Assembly (NCBI GenBank): GCA_040260805.1
Contig: JBDQPD010000038.1
Location: 1-29,136, forward strand
Direction of reading: 5' to 3'
DNA: 29,136 nucleotides
Source of the DNA: Myxococcota bacterium
GTDB lineage: Bacteria; Myxococcota; UBA4151
Part shown: one piece after another, positions 26,137-29,136 of the stretch
Layout: every line of letters begins with the position of its first letter
Numbering within the stretch: position 1 is the first letter of the stretch
Translations under genes and position numbers: made by a program
Notes under the pieces: generated by a model
Seen by the model: only the letters and a program-made list of their open reading frames with translations
What the model was told of the DNA's origin: nothing
The model's database searches: none

Positions 26137-27954
26137 ATGGTCGACTCTCCTTTGTTACTCAAGTCTTTGCTCTGCGTGCTGGTGCTCGCAGTCACTGGGA
26201 CGGGCTGCGGAGATGAGCCGACGACCGGAGGCCGCTTTGCGGTTGTGGATGCGGGGACTGGCGTTTTGTTGCCGGGAGGTGGTGGCGGCTCGCCGAGCGC
26301 TCGAGACGCTTCGTATCCGGCTGAGCCAGACGCTGGCTCATCGTTTGACGCCGGCCAGCGTGAGGGCTGCAGCCAGGACGATCATGGCGACGTCCGCCGT
26401 GGCGCCTCGTGGGTTGGTGACCCTTCACGTACAGACGGCGTGATGAACTGCCCCACAGATCTCGATCTGTTTCGCTTTACCGCCAATCGAGCCGGCGAAT
26501 ATCGAGTCTACACTGAAGGAATCGAGGTCGCGTGCAGTCTTGAGCGGCAGGCAGGGCAAGCCGTTGCGGATAGCGACGGCGAGGCTTGTGATCTGACCGT
26601 CGAGCTGGCTTTGGGTAACGTGTACTATGTGACCCTTGAGCCTGAATCTGATGGGCAATCGGTGGGCGACTACATTGTAGTGGTTGGCGCTGTCGACGAC
26701 GAGCCGCCGCCGCCTCAAGCGAGCTGCGGGGATGGGCGCGTCGATGCGGGTGAGGATTGCGATGACGGCAACAACGACGACCGCGACGCATGCCTGAGCA
26801 CCTGCCGGCGAGCGCGCTGCGGTGATGGGGTGGTGTGGTTAGGCGTTGAGCCCTGTGATGACGGCAACCTGGATAATGGGGACGCCTGCCTGAGCACCTG
26901 TCGCGTCGCCCGCTGCGGCGACGGGATGGTTCGCCGCGGGGTTGAGGCTTGCGATGACGGCAACGTTCAAAATGGCGACGGCTGCTCATCGCAGTGCCAA
27001 GACGAGGGACAAAACCCGAACCGAGCGCCGTCGACGCCGCGGATAGCGGTAGTCGGACAGGCGGTGCGCTCGGTCGCGTTTAGCGGGATCGAGGTGACGC
27101 TCGGGCGCGACCCTGAGGCGCAGCTGGTCCAAGCGATCTGTTGGTCGTCTGGATCGAACCACAGCACCGAAGCGCGAGCCGTCGAGAGTCGCTTTGCGCG
27201 TGGTGGTCAGGTCGTTGAGGTGACCTTGACCTGGACCACGACCGGACAAAAAACAGTGTACTGTAAAACCCGTGACGAGTCCCGAGCGCTGAGTGGGTCT
27301 GCGCGCGCTACCGTGACGGTCGAGGCGCCGAATCGCTCGCCTGGCAGTCCACGGATTACCGTCGAGGGAACCGCCACCAGCGGTGAGCCTTTTGAGTTCT
27401 CGGTGCGTCTGGGGTCCGATCCCGACCGCGACCAAGTCCAGGCTCTGTGTTGGTCGTCGGGCTCGGATCACAGCGTCGCTGCCAATGGCGCGGTGTCTGC
27501 TCTGGTCAACAGCGGCAGCACGGCGAGCGTCTCGCTGACCTGGCGCTCGGCCGGCAGCCGAACGATCTATTGCCGAACCCGCGATGAACATGGCGAGGAG
27601 AGCGGGGTCTGGGACACCGAGCGTGTGCAGGTCGAAAACCCCAACCGAGCGCCTTCCCGAAGCACCATCTCAACCGATGGTAACGCCACCACTCGCCAGC
27701 CCTTTGAGGTGCGCGTCCTTCTTGGGCGCGATCCGGATCGAGACGATGTCCGCGCCAAGTGTTGGTCGACGGGCTCGGATTACGCCTCCGAGGCGCGCGC
27801 CGCCCGCTCTGAGTTGACCTCGGGTGGACGAACGGCGGTCTTGCAATTCACTTGGCGTTCAAGCGGCACTAAGTCGCTCTACTGCGAGACCGAAGACGAA
27901 CACGGCATGGTGAGCACGACCCGCGACCGCGAGAGCGTGCGCGTGGTGAACTAG
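26137..27954 (+). CDS. Lipoprotein: PPC-like domain, three DUF4215 repeats, three 104-aa PKD/Ig-like repeats
   Basis: Likely start ATG 26137; GTGC lipobox; DDHGD...DLDLFRF PPC-like motif; repeats begin PNR(A/S)P at 27016, 27328 and 27640. Confidence 0.85.
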   Translation: MVDSPLLLKSLLCVLVLAVTGTGCGDEPTTGGRFAVVDAGTGVLLPGGGGGSPSARDASYPAEPDAGSSFDAGQREGCSQDDHGDVRRGASWVGDPSRTDGVMNCPTDLDLFRFTANRAGEYRVYTEGIEVACSLERQAGQAVADSDGEACDLTVELALGNVYYVTLEPESDGQSVGDYIVVVGAVDDEPPPPQASCGDGRVDAGEDCDDGNNDDRDACLSTCRRARCGDGVVWLGVEPCDDGNLDNGDACLSTCRVARCGDGMVRRGVEACDDGNVQNGDGCSSQCQDEGQNPNRAPSTPRIAVVGQAVRSVAFSGIEVTLGRDPEAQLVQAICWSSGSNHSTEARAVESRFARGGQVVEVTLTWTTTGQKTVYCKTRDESRALSGSARATVTVEAPNRSPGSPRITVEGTATSGEPFEFSVRLGSDPDRDQVQALCWSSGSDHSVAANGAVSALVNSGSTASVSLTWRSAGSRTIYCRTRDEHGEESGVWDTERVQVENPNRAPSRSTISTDGNATTRQPFEVRVLLGRDPDRDDVRAKCWSTGSDYASEARAARSELTSGGRTAVLQFTWRSSGTKSLYCETEDEHGMVSTTRDRESVRVVN

Positions 27955-27977
27955 TGGGTTCGCAAGCAAAGGTATCG

Positions 27978-28862
27978 ATGCGCTACCTCGTGTTCCCCTT
28001 GGTGTTTGGCGGCGCGATCGTAGCTACCTATTGGGGGCTTGAGCTCGCAGTCCATGCGTCGATGGTGGTTTTGGTCGTCAGCTGCAGCGCCGCCCTGATC
28101 ATCACCTTGCTTGAGTTGGCGCTTCCTTTTGAACCGCAATGGTCACGCGGTCATGGCGACGTGCCCACGGACCTGGCGTATGCGATCAGCTCGCTGGTCG
28201 CTGCCCCGCGCTTATTCGACACGATGGCGCTTGCCGCTCTGGTTCCTTTAGCCAGCGCCATGCCTTGGGACGTGGCGGTTTGGCCGTCGAGTTTACCTTG
28301 GGGTGTTCAGGTGGTTCTTGCGATCGTGGTCGGCGAGTTGGGCTCGTACTGGTGGCATCGACTGATCCACGAGTGGGGTCCATTGTTTCGCTTGCACGCC
28401 ACCCACCACAGCGCGCCGCGTCTGTACTGGCTCAATGCCACGCGCTTTCACCCGCTCGACACCCTCCCGATGTATGCGATGCACGTGATCCCGCTGACAC
28501 TGCTCGGCGTGAGCGAGCCTGTTTTGGTTGGGTTTACGGTCTGGAGCCTGGTGCATGGTTTCTTTCAGCACGCCAACATTGATGTCCGCCTTGGACCTCT
28601 CAACTATATCTTCTCCATGGCTGAATTACACCGCTGGCATCACAGCCGAGATCTCTGGCAGGCGAACCACAACTACGGCAGCAACTGCATCGTCTGGGAC
28701 TTGGTTTTTGGCACGTTTTACTGGCCTCGAGCGCAACGCCCTCCCGCCGACATCGGCTTGAGCGATCTCCCTGGGTTTCCGCAGCGGCTTGGGGGGCAAT
28801 TGCTGTCGCCGTTTCGGTGGCCTTCCGGGCAGCGAAAGCCGAAGGGCGCGCCCCGCGCGTGA
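27978..28862 (+). CDS. Sterol desaturase / fatty-acid hydroxylase superfamily membrane protein
   Basis: His boxes HRLIH, HATHH, QHAN, HRWHH; RFHPLD, NYG...WDLVFGT; start 27978 (or GTG 27954). Confidence 0.92.
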   Translation: MRYLVFPLVFGGAIVATYWGLELAVHASMVVLVVSCSAALIITLLELALPFEPQWSRGHGDVPTDLAYAISSLVAAPRLFDTMALAALVPLASAMPWDVAVWPSSLPWGVQVVLAIVVGELGSYWWHRLIHEWGPLFRLHATHHSAPRLYWLNATRFHPLDTLPMYAMHVIPLTLLGVSEPVLVGFTVWSLVHGFFQHANIDVRLGPLNYIFSMAELHRWHHSRDLWQANHNYGSNCIVWDLVFGTFYWPRAQRPPADIGLSDLPGFPQRLGGQLLSPFRWPSGQRKPKGAPRA

Positions 28863-28928
28863 ATGTGCAAGGATGCACTTTGACTGGGTGACCATTCAGA
28901 GTAGACGGTGCGAAGAGGACGCTTGGTG

Positions 28929-29136
28929 ATGCGGTTCAACGTTAGACTTACAATGCTCTTTGCGGCGGTAGTGATCGGCGCGTGCATGACCGAACTCCCC
29001 TCGGTGCCCCAGGTTATGGGCGTCTGCGGCGATGGACAGGTTGGCGCCGATGAGGCCTGCGATGATGGCAACTTACTGAGCAACGATGCCTGCACCGAGC
29101 TCTGCGCGCTGGCGCGCTGCGGCGACGGCTTTAAGC
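28929..29136 (+). CDS. DUF4215-repeat lipoprotein, N-terminal part (runs off the window; absent from the ORF track)
   Basis: GAGGA then [19 protein letters not shown]...[38 protein letters not shown]. Confidence 0.88.
   Translation, partial: MRFNVRLTMLFAAVVIGACMTELPSVPQVMGVCGDGQVGADEACDDGNLLSNDACTELCALARCGDGFK

Noticed and set aside
1..29136. Integron cassette array, and the many short or antisense ORFs in the track
   Set aside because: No shared attC-like element between genes and mixed orientations; shadow ORFs are expected at high GC and lack motifs.

Overview
GC-rich bacterial window. The many myxobacterial cysteine-rich (DUF4215-type, CGDG...ExCDDGN) repeats suggest Myxococcota or a relative (inference). 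It is an accessory-type region dominated by about 11 predicted lipoproteins. Four of them share a DUF4215 repeat stalk: three end in unrelated C-terminal domains (RCC1 propeller, LpqC-like esterase, PKD/Ig-like repeats) and the fourth runs off the window. Also present: a LysR/SDR pair, a TetR/serine hydrolase pair, a GNAT, allantoinase PuuE, a GH13 gene plus a fused GH57(DUF3536)-MalQ gene, an FG-GAP protein, a CHAP/NlpC-like amidase and a sterol desaturase. The most striking non-coding feature is an isolated 3' half of an initiator tRNA-Met (1340-1384) flanked on both sides by 11-bp-phased GTCCC repeats, resembling an integrase attachment junction. It precedes a visibly more AT-rich segment (about 2.8-7.6 kb) holding gene debris and a lipoprotein with a G11 tract. 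No integrase, CRISPR array, rRNA or intact tRNA is seen. Family calls come from motif recognition, not database searches.
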